Below are positions 30,788 through 40,079 of a DNA stretch of 64,000 nucleotides, piece after piece. How positions within the stretch are numbered: position 1 is the stretch's first letter; each line of letters opens with the position of its first letter. This DNA comes from an uncultured Flavobacteriales bacterium. GTDB lineage: Bacteria; Bacteroidota; Bacteroidia; Flavobacteriales_D; Sanyastnellaceae. The notes under the pieces were generated by a model. That model was given only the letters and a program-made list of their open reading frames with translations. It did not search any database and had not been told where the DNA came from. The DNA lies in contig CBFHQM010000010.1 in NCBI GenBank assembly GCA_965657965.1, positions 1,078 through 65,077 on the forward strand, written 5' to 3'. Made by a program: the position numbers and the translations under genes.

Positions 30788-32149
30788 ATGTGGTGGCAAA
30801 CCGCAAAAGAGAAGGGGTTGTCCCCTGTAGACGGAGCGCCCCTGGTGGCGCTTCGTCTCGTTTTTGCGGGATTGATTTTGTTCAGCACCCTTCGCTTCAT
30901 TGCTTCGGGTTGGGTTGAATCACAAGTCGTTCACCCTTTGGTGGCTTTCCCTTTTGATTGGTTTTCGTGGCTTCCACGGCCGGGTTTGTTCATGGCATAC
31001 GGTTTGTTTGGTGCCATGGCGTTTGGTGCGATTTTGATGCTGCTGAATCGGCCGCGATTGGGGGCTTTGATTTTTGTGGTCCCTTTCACTTACGTGGAGC
31101 TGTTGGACAAAACCAATTACCTGAACCATTACTACTTCGTGTCGTTGATGGCGGGCCTGTTTGTGTTCTTGCCCTCTCGCAATCAAGACGCCGCAGGTGT
31201 TCCTCGGTTTGCGCGAGACTTGCCCAAGTTGTTGTTGACGCTGGTTTATTTCTATGCGGGCTTGGCCAAATTGAATGCAGATTGGATGTGGGAGGCCTTG
31301 CCACTGGCCATCTGGTTGCCACAGCACTCAGATTTTCCAGTGGTGGGCTCCATCCTCACATGGCCTGTTACGGCTTATTTGTTTTCTTGGGGTGGCTTGA
31401 TTTTCGACCTTTTTGCGGGTTTTGCACTGTGGTCTGACCGGTGGCGTCCTTGGGTGTATCCGGTGGTGGTGGTTTTTCATCTCTTGACTTGGTCCCTTTT
31501 TCCGATTGGTGTTTTTCCGTGGGTCATGATGGGGAGCACCCTTGTGTTTTTCTCGCCTAGTTTTCACCGAGGTTGGTTGGGCCGATGGACGAGAATGGCC
31601 ATTCCTGAATTTCGTCGGTCTTCGTGTGATTCAGCGGCGAATCGCTGGGGGCTCTCTTTGTCTATGGGTTTCCTTCTGATCCAGTTGGCGTTGCCATGGC
31701 GTTTCCTGGCTTATCCAGGAGATTTGTTTTGGACGGAGTCCGGGTATCGCTTCAGTTGGCGGGTAATGCTCATGGAAAAGGCGGGCGTGGCCTACTTCTA
31801 TGCCCAAGATGGAGAGGGCAGAGAACGAGAGGTGGACTTGAGCGGTTGGTTTACTCCAAACCAGTTCAAAATGATGGCCACCCAACCGGATATGATTGTT
31901 CAAGCGGCCAAATGGATCAAGCAACATGACCTGGATATGGGCTTGGATACGCGGCGCGTCAGGGCCGAGGTTTGGGTGGGCTTGAATGGAAAACGTTCTC
32001 AGCTGTTTGTGGATCCATTTGTGGACCTCTCTCAAATCGAGGATGCCATGTGGGCGTCACGCGATTGGGTTCTTCCTTTGGACAGTGTCGTGAGCATGTC
32101 TGAGTTCAGGGCGCGTAAAAAACAATGGCGATCCCAATCCGAATGGTGA
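30788..32149 (+). CDS. HTTM domain protein (vitamin K-dependent gamma-carboxylase-like membrane protein)
   Basis: ATG 30788 follows the imelysin stop. The N-terminus VDGAPLVALRLVFAGLILFSTLRF is an HTTM start. The segment WTESGYRFSWRVMLMEK corresponds to the GGCX-family YSWDMM region. Confidence 0.8.
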   Translation: MWWQTAKEKGLSPVDGAPLVALRLVFAGLILFSTLRFIASGWVESQVVHPLVAFPFDWFSWLPRPGLFMAYGLFGAMAFGAILMLLNRPRLGALIFVVPFTYVELLDKTNYLNHYYFVSLMAGLFVFLPSRNQDAAGVPRFARDLPKLLLTLVYFYAGLAKLNADWMWEALPLAIWLPQHSDFPVVGSILTWPVTAYLFSWGGLIFDLFAGFALWSDRWRPWVYPVVVVFHLLTWSLFPIGVFPWVMMGSTLVFFSPSFHRGWLGRWTRMAIPEFRRSSCDSAANRWGLSLSMGFLLIQLALPWRFLAYPGDLFWTESGYRFSWRVMLMEKAGVAYFYAQDGEGREREVDLSGWFTPNQFKMMATQPDMIVQAAKWIKQHDLDMGLDTRRVRAEVWVGLNGKRSQLFVDPFVDLSQIEDAMWASRDWVLPLDSVVSMSEFRARKKQWRSQSEW

Positions 32150-34425
32150 GTCGGTCTCCTTTTGGCGGTGGAGTCAAGGTGCTGCTGTTGCTGACGCTGT
32201 TGTCGGTGGGCATGGAGTCCAAGGCTCAATCGGACTCGTTGCCGGCGTTGGCGCGTGATTTGAGCCCCGCCGAAGTATCGGCTGAGCGACCTGAGCCGGT
32301 GAGGTGGATGCAGTCCATTGGTGTGGAAGGCATTTACACCGGAATGAAGAGTCGGGTGTTCAATTGGGCAGAATCCGAGGCCGTGCAGTCCGCCCAGCAT
32401 CACCGACAACTGTTGATTTCGGTGCCGGGGGCCAACATTTGGCAGAGCGATGCAGCCGGTTTACAGCTGGGCATAGGGGTTCGGGGCTTGAGCCCAAGTC
32501 GCTCCTCACATCTGTCTGTGCGGCAAAATGGAATGCCCATCGCGGCAGATCCACTCGGTTATCCTGAGGCTTATTACGCTCCGCCAACGCGGGCGGTGCG
32601 TGAAGTGCGCATGGTGAGTGGAGCAGGGGCATTGCAATACGGTTCTCAGTTGGGTGGCATGCTTGACTTTATCATGCGGGATGGAAGGGAGCACGAAGGG
32701 CTCTGGTCGAGTGCGGCCATGACCGCGGTGGTCTATCCGGAGGCGCTGTCCACCCCCAATGAGGCAGAGGGTCCGCGGCATTTTTTCAATGGCTTTGGGG
32801 AATTGGGCTGGCAAAGCCCGAGTGGAAAACTCCATGGGTATGCTGCACTCGAGCAAAAAAGTGGCAACGGTTGGAGGCAGAATACTTGGTTTGAGTCGGG
32901 GACTGGATTGTTTCGGATGGGAGGGGCGTTGTCTCCTCAGTGGGTTTGGGACATGGATGGTGCGTGGATGAGTCGTGTAGAGAAGCAGCCAGGCGGCTTA
33001 ACCGATGCGCAGTTCTCTTTAGATCCTCGGGCATCATTTCGAGATCGAAACCATTTCCAAGTCAGCCACAATTCTGTGGCATTGCGCATACAGAATGTAC
33101 CCAGTGGCATCCGAGACTGGCTTTGGAGTGCGCGCTTTCATGGACTGCAGGCCAGGCGGGCTTCTTTGGGGTATTTGGGCTTTCCGAATCGGGTAGACCC
33201 CGGGGTAGACCGCGAGCTGATTTCCGGACGATTCCGCCACGCAGGCATGGACTTGAAGGGGGTCAAGCGCTGGTATGCCAAGCACGGGGGCATTCACGCC
33301 CTCACTTTCGGAGTCCAGGCGCTCAAGGGCAACAGCTTGGCCCTGCAGGGCGAAGGCAGTCCCGGGGAGGCCGCGGCATTCGAATTTGTAACGCCAGAGG
33401 CCGGAGACGGCAGCAATTATGTTTTTCCAAACGCCCAGTTGGCTGCCCATGTCCAAGCGGCCTGGTCGCCCTTTCCGAGGTGGGTTGTTACACCGGGATG
33501 GAGACTGGAGTTCATCGATACCCGAGCGGACGGTCAGTATCGAGAGTCCATTTTTGATGGGGCGGGAAATCTAATCGAGGATTCCGTGTTCGTTCAAACC
33601 GAGCATCGTCAAAGGGCTGTAGGCCTGCCTGGTTTGGGGTTCTCACACAAGTTTGGAGACTTGGAGGCCTATGGCAATGCGGTTGCGAATTACCGGGCCA
33701 TCAATTTCAGCGACATCCAACTCCGGGGCATTGGAAGAAAAATTGATCCGAACATCCGTGACGAGCGTGGGCGAAATGTGGATTTGGGTCTGCGTGGCGT
33801 GCTCAGGAAGAAGCTGAAGTTCGACGTGAGTGCGTTTCAGTTGAATTACCGCGATCGAATTGGACTTTATGCCACCACGATTCCCGATCCGGTTGTGATT
33901 GAGCGGGTGGTGCTGCTGAGGAGCAACATCGCAGATGCCCGAACAAGGGGTTTGGAATTGACCATTGGTGGGGTCCTCATGGAAAAGCCGAGCGCCTCAA
34001 CCAGGTTGGAAGGATTGCTGACAGGCTCGGTCATGAAGAGCCAATACCTCGCAAGCGAGCAAAGCGCCTTCCGAGGAAAAGAGGTGGAGTACGTACCGGA
34101 TTACATCCTTCGGTCATCTCTCATCTTCACGCACAAGACGTGGCATTGGGATTTGGGCGTACATGCTGTGGGTGCTCAGTTTACTGAGGCCACCAATGCG
34201 GTCTTCACCCCCGATGCCATTCACGGAGAAATCCCTGCTTTTGGGGTCGTCGACGTCGGGTTTGGTTTCAATTCGCCAAAAGGATGGTCCATTCGCTGCG
34301 CATTGGACAATGCGACCAACGCCCAATATTTTACGCGACGTTCTGCGGCTTATCCAGGGCCGGGCATCCTGCCAGCTGACGGGCGATCATTGCAAATCAC
34401 TGTCGGTTATCAGGGCTGGCGCTGA
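32143..34425 (+). CDS. TonB-dependent outer-membrane receptor
   Basis: ATG 32143 overlaps the HTTM stop (ATGGTGA). It has a signal peptide, a plug region (GIGVRGLSPSRSSHLSVRQNGMPIAADPLGY...GAGALQYGSQLGGMLDF) and a long beta-barrel. Confidence 0.8.
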   Translation: MVSRSPFGGGVKVLLLLTLLSVGMESKAQSDSLPALARDLSPAEVSAERPEPVRWMQSIGVEGIYTGMKSRVFNWAESEAVQSAQHHRQLLISVPGANIWQSDAAGLQLGIGVRGLSPSRSSHLSVRQNGMPIAADPLGYPEAYYAPPTRAVREVRMVSGAGALQYGSQLGGMLDFIMRDGREHEGLWSSAAMTAVVYPEALSTPNEAEGPRHFFNGFGELGWQSPSGKLHGYAALEQKSGNGWRQNTWFESGTGLFRMGGALSPQWVWDMDGAWMSRVEKQPGGLTDAQFSLDPRASFRDRNHFQVSHNSVALRIQNVPSGIRDWLWSARFHGLQARRASLGYLGFPNRVDPGVDRELISGRFRHAGMDLKGVKRWYAKHGGIHALTFGVQALKGNSLALQGEGSPGEAAAFEFVTPEAGDGSNYVFPNAQLAAHVQAAWSPFPRWVVTPGWRLEFIDTRADGQYRESIFDGAGNLIEDSVFVQTEHRQRAVGLPGLGFSHKFGDLEAYGNAVANYRAINFSDIQLRGIGRKIDPNIRDERGRNVDLGLRGVLRKKLKFDVSAFQLNYRDRIGLYATTIPDPVVIERVVLLRSNIADARTRGLELTIGGVLMEKPSASTRLEGLLTGSVMKSQYLASEQSAFRGKEVEYVPDYILRSSLIFTHKTWHWDLGVHAVGAQFTEATNAVFTPDAIHGEIPAFGVVDVGFGFNSPKGWSIRCALDNATNAQYFTRRSAAYPGPGILPADGRSLQITVGYQGWR

Positions 34426-34993
34426 ACCGCATCCAGTCGACCTCGAGGCCAAACTCGCCAGCGAGACCGTCATACTTCATCATTCCGATACGCAGCACCT
34501 CGGACAGGTTGCCCCAGGTCCAGATTTTGGGCAATTCACCGGTCATGGCGCTGCTTTTTTTGAGTGCGGAAAACGGCACTGTGACTTCTTGCCATTCGGA
34601 GTCTGCTTTGAAGTCAGTTTTCCAGTAGGGCATCCACCATTGTTCGGAGACCTCCATGGTCAGGGTAAAGGTGTCGGCCTCCCCATTGGTGGTCCGGCAG
34701 CGAATGGTAACCGCGTCAAAGCCGGATAGGTCCTGCTCTCCCCAAGGTGACCGCACGGAACTAAATCCACCGTTGTTCTCCAACGACACGCGGCCTTCCC
34801 ACTTGAGGGTGGATCGGCTGTAGCTCACGTTGCCAACAGATCTTCCGCCCATTACACCGTCGTTTAGCGCGCGCCAGTTGGACAGTTCCCCTTTTCCAAA
34901 GTCCATGACGGCATCGGAAGGGGCGGTGTTGGATGGGCCGAAGGAGAACATGAACAACAGGGCAAATAGGGTGGGCAATTGAATCGCGAGCAT
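34397..34993 (-). CDS. CIA30 (complex I intermediate-associated protein 30-like) family secreted protein
   Basis: It has a signal peptide plus WRALNDGVMGGRSVGNVSY...VSLENNGGFSSVRS, the CIA30 signature. It is convergent with the TonB receptor gene, with a 29-nt overlap. Confidence 0.7.
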   Translation of the reverse strand: MLAIQLPTLFALLFMFSFGPSNTAPSDAVMDFGKGELSNWRALNDGVMGGRSVGNVSYSRSTLKWEGRVSLENNGGFSSVRSPWGEQDLSGFDAVTIRCRTTNGEADTFTLTMEVSEQWWMPYWKTDFKADSEWQEVTVPFSALKKSSAMTGELPKIWTWGNLSEVLRIGMMKYDGLAGEFGLEVDWMRFSASPDNRQ

Positions 34994-35047
34994 GCCTAGT
35001 GAACAGAACGCAACACCCTTAGGTTCAAGTCCGACTCTCCTTGGGGC

Positions 35048-36463
35048 TCATTTTCCGATGCAGAAGTTGCCAAAAATGTGACCCAGCAGATCATCTGGAG
35101 TCACCACACCCGTGATGCGCCCAAGTTGTTCCAATGCCTCTCTGTGGTCCACGGCAAGGAGATCACCGCTCATCCCCGCATTCAGTCCGTCTAAGGCACG
35201 CTGAAGGGCTTCGCGTGTCCGCTGCAAGGCTTCGCGGTGGCGCAAGTTGGTCACCAGGATGCGGTCTTCGGCCAGAGCGCTGCGGTAGTCCCGGCCCAAT
35301 CGATGCTCAAGGTTGTCCAGACCAATGCGCTCTTCGGCACTGATGGTCAGGACCTCTTCGGCCCCTTCTGGGCACCAACCTTCTGGAGCAGGAGCGAGGT
35401 CTGTTTTGTTGATCACCGCGATGAAGGTGCCTGCGGGCTCATCGAGGTCTTCTGCAGCCTTTCGTTGAGTTTGAGCGGCACTTTGTATCTCTTGCTCAGC
35501 AGTGAGACGACCGGCTTGGTCTTGGATGTCGCGGGCGTCGATGAGGTAGAGAACAAAGCGAGCGGATGCCGCTTTGGACCAAGCCCTGCGAATTCCCTCT
35601 GCTTCGATGTCGTCGGTGGTGTCCCGAAGCCCTGCGGTATCGATAAAGCGAAACCGGATGCCCTCCAAGGTGAGCGTCTCTTCGAGGGTGTCTCTGGTGG
35701 TCCCCGGTGTATTCGATACGATGGCGCGGTCCTCTTTCAGGAGGGCGTTGAGTAAGGTTGACTTTCCTCGGTTGGGTGCGCCCAGAATCGCCACGGGAAC
35801 CCCTTCTGCAATCGCCCGGCCTGTGGAGAAGCCGTCGAGCAACTGAGCGATGCGATCCAGCAAATCCGACACGTGTTTGCGGTAGGCGTCGCGGTCGGCA
35901 AACTCCACATCTTCTTCCCCAAAATCAAGCTCCAACTCCATCAGGGCGGTGTACTCAATGAGCGCCGCTCGGAAGTCGCCGATTTCACGGCTGAACCCTC
36001 CGCCAAGTTGTTGCAAGGCCAATCGGTGGGCGCCGGCGTGATCGGCATCGATCAAATCGCCAATGGCCTCGGCCTGGGCCAGGTCACGCTTGCCGTGAAG
36101 GAAGGCCCTTTGGGTAAACTCTCCCGGCAAGGCCGGGCGACAGCCGGCGTCGATCAAGCACTCCATGAGACGCTGGACGATAAAGGGGCTACCGTGAATG
36201 TGACATTCCACAACATCTTCTCCAGTGAAGCTTCTCGGGCCTTTAAAAGGAAGGAGCAAGGCTTCGTCAAGCAGTTCGTCGCCTGCATAAAGGTTGCGCA
36301 AAGCGGCTTTTCCAGGGGGGCATTTGGCCAGACGTCCTCGGCAAAGCGCGTCTGCCGTGGTCCAAGCGTCCGGGCCACTGATGCGAACTACGGCCACGCC
36401 GCCTCTTCCTGCGGGGGTCGAAAGTGCACAAATCGTGGTGCCGTCAAGGGGGTGTGCGGGCAT
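35048..36463 (-). CDS. mnmE: tRNA uridine-5-carboxymethylaminomethyl modification GTPase
   Basis: TICALSTPAGRGGVAVVRISG is followed by the G-domain GAPNRGKSTLLNAL...DTAGLR and the terminal FCIGK motif. Confidence 0.92.
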   Translation of the reverse strand: MPAHPLDGTTICALSTPAGRGGVAVVRISGPDAWTTADALCRGRLAKCPPGKAALRNLYAGDELLDEALLLPFKGPRSFTGEDVVECHIHGSPFIVQRLMECLIDAGCRPALPGEFTQRAFLHGKRDLAQAEAIGDLIDADHAGAHRLALQQLGGGFSREIGDFRAALIEYTALMELELDFGEEDVEFADRDAYRKHVSDLLDRIAQLLDGFSTGRAIAEGVPVAILGAPNRGKSTLLNALLKEDRAIVSNTPGTTRDTLEETLTLEGIRFRFIDTAGLRDTTDDIEAEGIRRAWSKAASARFVLYLIDARDIQDQAGRLTAEQEIQSAAQTQRKAAEDLDEPAGTFIAVINKTDLAPAPEGWCPEGAEEVLTISAEERIGLDNLEHRLGRDYRSALAEDRILVTNLRHREALQRTREALQRALDGLNAGMSGDLLAVDHREALEQLGRITGVVTPDDLLGHIFGNFCIGK

Positions 36464-36570
36464 GGGGGGAAATTAGCCCTTCACCCTTATTGATGGAGGG
36501 CTGAGCGGCGTTACTTTTGCCGCGTCTTAATGTCCCTTTTCGACATCATCACCCGCGTTAATTCCACACC

Positions 36571-37455
36571 ATGAGCGTTCTCGTCAACAAAGATTCCCGC
36601 ATCATCGTCCAAGGCTTTACTGGTTCTGAAGGCACCTTTCATGCCAGTCAGATGATCGAGTATGGCACCAATGTGGTGGGTGGTGTTACGCCAGGCAAGG
36701 GTGGGCAAAGCCACCTTGATCGTCCGGTTTTCAATACTGTAGCCGATGCCGTGAGCGAGGCGGGAGCGGACACAAGCATTCTATTTGTGCCACCGGCATT
36801 TGCTGCCGATGCCATTTTAGAAGCTGCGGATGCAGGCATCAAAGTGATCATTTGCATCACAGAGGGCATTCCCGTGGCCGACATGGTGAAGGTGAAGGCG
36901 CACCTCGATCACCTCGAAGATTGCACCCTTGTCGGTCCAAACTGTCCAGGCGTGATGACGGCCGGAGAGGCGAAAGTGGGCATCATGCCCGGCTTCATTT
37001 TCAATCCGGGTCGCATTGGAATTGTGTCCAAAAGCGGAACGTTGACGTATGAGGCGGTGGACCAGATTACCAAGGCGGGCTTGGGCCAGTCCACGGCCAT
37101 TGGCATTGGTGGCGACCCCATCATCGGGACCACAACCTTGGAGGCGGTTCAGTTGCTCATGGCCGACAGCGAGACAGATGGCATCATCATGATCGGAGAG
37201 ATTGGTGGCGACCTCGAGGTCAAAGCGGCCCGCTGGATTGCGCAAAACGGCACGAAGCCGGTTGTGGGCTTCATTGCGGGTGTGACGGCTCCAAAAGGTC
37301 GGACCATGGGCCATGCGGGTGCGATTGTGAGCGGCGAAGAAGAGAGCGCCGAAGCCAAAAAGGCGGTCATGCGCGAGTGTGGCATCCATGTGGTGGACAG
37401 CCCAGCTCAAATCGGAGCCATGATGGTCGAGGCGTTGAAGACGGTCAACGCCTGA
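36571..37455 (+). CDS. sucD: Succinate--CoA ligase subunit alpha
   Basis: MSVLVNKDSRIIVQGFTGSEGTFHASQMIEYGTNVVGGVTPGKGG...GHAGAIVSG includes the catalytic His loop. Confidence 0.92.
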   Translation: MSVLVNKDSRIIVQGFTGSEGTFHASQMIEYGTNVVGGVTPGKGGQSHLDRPVFNTVADAVSEAGADTSILFVPPAFAADAILEAADAGIKVIICITEGIPVADMVKVKAHLDHLEDCTLVGPNCPGVMTAGEAKVGIMPGFIFNPGRIGIVSKSGTLTYEAVDQITKAGLGQSTAIGIGGDPIIGTTTLEAVQLLMADSETDGIIMIGEIGGDLEVKAARWIAQNGTKPVVGFIAGVTAPKGRTMGHAGAIVSGEEESAEAKKAVMRECGIHVVDSPAQIGAMMVEALKTVNA

Positions 37456-37488
37456 TTCAAATTTCTTGCGAGCCTGAGCGGCCCCAGT

Positions 37489-38133
37489 TTAGGGTTTGAC
37501 TTTGTGTACCCCCACCTTCCAAGGTTGACTTGCCACATCCATGATTTTGGACATGTCCTCGGGGCGTGCGACAAAATCAATGTCTGATGTGTCTACCCAA
37601 ATGACCCGACTCCCCCTCGCGTGCTTGAAGTGGCGCTCATAGGCTTTCTCCAGCTTGGCGAGATAGTCCAAATCAATGTCTTGCTCATAGCTGCGCCCTC
37701 GGGCTGCGATTTGCGCTTGTTGACGCTCTGATCCGGGCTTGAGGTAAAGAATGAGTTCCGGCTGAGGCATGCCGTCAGCCATTACATCATAGAGGTTCCG
37801 GAACAGGGCATATTCGGTTTGGGGCAGCGTGATCTTGGCAAATAGGTCGCTTTTGGCAAACAAGTAATCCGCGACCAGGGCGTCCCGAAACAAGGTGCGC
37901 GCCGTGAGCGCGGCTTTGACCTGCTTGAAGCGTTGGGCCAAAAAGCTGAGTTCCACAGGAAAGGCGTAGCGCTCAGGGTCCAAGTAGAATTGTTCCAGAA
38001 AGGGGTTGTCGGCAAACGGCTCCAGCAAGGGCTCGGATCCGAGACTTGTTGCAATGGCCGTGGCGAGGGTGCTTTTTCCGGCACCGATGCCGCCTTCAAT
38101 CACGATGTGTCGATAGGGAATAGATGAGGTCAT
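37489..38133 (-). CDS. Deoxynucleoside kinase (second paralog)
   Basis: The P-loop is IVIEGGIGAGKSTLATAIA, followed by EPFADNPFLEQFYLDPERYAFPVELSFLAQRF. ATG 38133 overlaps the folK stop (ATGA). Confidence 0.8.
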   Translation of the reverse strand: MTSSIPYRHIVIEGGIGAGKSTLATAIATSLGSEPLLEPFADNPFLEQFYLDPERYAFPVELSFLAQRFKQVKAALTARTLFRDALVADYLFAKSDLFAKITLPQTEYALFRNLYDVMADGMPQPELILYLKPGSERQQAQIAARGRSYEQDIDLDYLAKLEKAYERHFKHARGSRVIWVDTSDIDFVARPEDMSKIMDVASQPWKVGVHKVKP

Positions 38134-38630
38134 GGCCAAGGCGCAATTTGGGGCACATCTCTCGGAAGGTCAGCCAAACATTGTGCAACAGTTCGGCCAT
38201 CACCTGGAATGGGTTGCTCGGGAATCAGATCCGCCAAGGGTCTCAAGACAAAACGGCGTTGCAGCATGCGGGGGTGGGGGACTTGTAGGTTGTCCAGTTG
38301 GAGAACCCGGTTTCCCCAGAGTACAATGTCCAGATCGATGGGGCGGGAGGTGTAGCCTTCTTTGGGTCTCTGTCGCCCCATTTCCTGCTCAATGGCCAGG
38401 AGTGTGGCCATCACCTGTTCTGGGTCATCGCCACAATGTGCATGAAGCTCCAGTTCGATGATGCGGTTCAAAAAATCGGGTGTCTTGGGTGCCATGCCCA
38501 TGGCTTGGGTCTGATATGTGGGAGAGACCCTCAATACAACGCCAAGAGATGCGGCCATTCGGCGGTCCGCCTCGTCGAGGTGTTTCTGTCGGTCGCCCAG
38601 ATTGGATCCGGTAGCAATGTGAATGCGCAC
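38130..38630 (-). CDS. folK: 2-amino-4-hydroxy-6-hydroxymethyldihydropteridine diphosphokinase
   Basis: (GTG)MRIHIATGSNLGDRQKHL...RPIDLDIVLWG...LQVPHPRMLQRRFVLRPLADL is the HPPK signature. Confidence 0.85.
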   Translation of the reverse strand: MRIHIATGSNLGDRQKHLDEADRRMAASLGVVLRVSPTYQTQAMGMAPKTPDFLNRIIELELHAHCGDDPEQVMATLLAIEQEMGRQRPKEGYTSRPIDLDIVLWGNRVLQLDNLQVPHPRMLQRRFVLRPLADLIPEQPIPGDGRTVAQCLADLPRDVPQIAPWP

Positions 38631-38796
38631 CCTGCAAATGTCGTGAGGAAGGGACTTAGAAACGGCTCTTCTTTTGTCACGTTCTGGTTGAAATACAGGT
38701 GTGATCTGTCAAAGTGCTTCACCTCGATAAGGCCGGATGGGCAGTCACTCGGCGGGCCGGCACAACACCTCTGATTGCACAATGAATGTAAAAACA

Positions 38797-38819
38797 GGTA
38801 CTTTGCAATACAGAGTACC
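38797..38819 (+). promoter_or_regulatory. Imperfect 9-bp inverted repeat upstream of padR (candidate autoregulatory operator)
   Basis: The sequence is ggtactttg-caata-cagagtacc, with 8 of 9 positions complementary. It lies 27 nt upstream of ATG 38846. Confidence 0.3.
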
Positions 38820-38845
38820 AAGCATTGTGCATATCCTTGCATGGC

Positions 38846-39187
38846 ATGACGAAAGAAGCCGCAGCATCAACAGCGCAAATGCGCAAGGGCGTTTTGGAGC
38901 TCTGTATCCTCCGGGTACTGCGCCAAGGCGAGGCCTACACATCCGACATCGTCGCGGCCTTGCAGGAGGTCGACCTGTTGGTGGTGGAGGGAACCATTTA
39001 TCCTTTGCTCACCCGCATGAAAAACGCCGAGACACTTACGTATCGATGGGCCGAAAGCCCGTCTGGACCGCCCCGCAAATACTACAGCATGACCAAGAAA
39101 GGAGAGCAAGTCCTTCACAAAATGGAAGTGGCATGGAACCAATTCGTGGATTCTGTGAACTCCCTATCTCAACCCATTGAAGACTAA
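38846..39187 (+). CDS. PadR family transcriptional regulator
   Basis: MRKGVLELCILRVLRQGEAYTSDIVAALQEV..LVVEGTIYPLLTRMKNAETLTYRW.ESPSGPPRKYYSMTKKG is a canonical PadR wHTH. Confidence 0.85.
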   Translation: MTKEAAASTAQMRKGVLELCILRVLRQGEAYTSDIVAALQEVDLLVVEGTIYPLLTRMKNAETLTYRWAESPSGPPRKYYSMTKKGEQVLHKMEVAWNQFVDSVNSLSQPIED

Positions 39188-39192
39188 TTATT

Positions 39193-39984
39193 ATGGTCGA
39201 AACACGCAACATATCCCTCGGTGGGCTCTTGTTTCACGTAGAATTGCCGGCGTACACCGTGCTGCGCGATTACTTGTCCGATTTGAGGCAAGTCCTTCGG
39301 GGCGCAGAAGGAAGGGAGGAGGTTCTGCAGGAAGTGGAGCATCGCCTTGCTGAGCTGTTCACCGAATTCACCGCTGGAACTCGCTCGGTTGTCACACTGG
39401 TCGATGTCGAGAAGGCGAAAACTCAATTGGGTGAGCCCAATGCGTTTCGCGAATTGACCGACGAGGAGGAGCCAGAAAAGAAAAAAAACCAGCAGGGCGA
39501 CCAAAAGCGCCGCGTATTCCGCGATCCAGACGACAGTGTTATTGCGGGTGTTGCTGCAGGCCTGGCCCACCGGGTCGGTGTGGACCCCATTTTGGTCCGG
39601 GCTCTTTTCATTCTGTTGCTCATTGGTCCGGGCATCGGTCCATTGTTGTATGCCATTCTTTGGGCCATTACCCCTCGGGCCAAATCGGCAAGTGACCGTT
39701 TGGCCATGAAGGGAGACCCAGTCACACTGGATGCCATCAAGGAAACGGTCGAGGATCAGCTGAACAAGGCGAAAGATGAATTTGAAAATCCCGAAAGTGG
39801 GCGCCGTTTGCTCGCCTGGTGGCGCCGTTTCATTTCCGATACGCTGCCCCGATTCCTCAAAGCCTTCATTCGCACACTGGGCTGGTTTTTGATCGGCGCG
39901 TCGTTACTGCTGCTGCTTCTGATTGGGGCGTTGGTATTGTCGGGGCTGATCACGGGCCATTGGAACTTCCAGTTCATGTTTTAA
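39193..39984 (+). CDS. PspC domain membrane protein with an N-terminal DUF1700/HAAS-like helical domain
   Basis: The N-terminus VLRDYLSDLRQVLRGAEGREEVLQEVEHRLAELF is HAAS/DUF1700-like. The PspC core is RRVFRDPDDSVIAGVAAGLAHRVGVDPILVRALFILLLI...LLYAILWAITP. It starts 6 nt after padR. Confidence 0.7.
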   Translation: MVETRNISLGGLLFHVELPAYTVLRDYLSDLRQVLRGAEGREEVLQEVEHRLAELFTEFTAGTRSVVTLVDVEKAKTQLGEPNAFRELTDEEEPEKKKNQQGDQKRRVFRDPDDSVIAGVAAGLAHRVGVDPILVRALFILLLIGPGIGPLLYAILWAITPRAKSASDRLAMKGDPVTLDAIKETVEDQLNKAKDEFENPESGRRLLAWWRRFISDTLPRFLKAFIRTLGWFLIGASLLLLLLIGALVLSGLITGHWNFQFMF

Positions 39985-40079
39985 TCGCCTCGCCTGTCTT
40001 TGACCCATTTTCTCATTTCTGAGTCCACATTTTTCTCAACTTTACATCTCCTTCGGGAGGCAAATCACCCTTACACCTT

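Noticed and set aside
35022-35032. A tRNA T-arm-like string, ggttcaagtcc, in the CIA30-mnmE intergenic region; also gctgttcaagc at about 53343.
   Set aside because: The flanking bases cannot form a T stem (ttagg vs ccgac), and no acceptor, D or anticodon arms can be drawn. I conclude there is no tRNA gene in this window.
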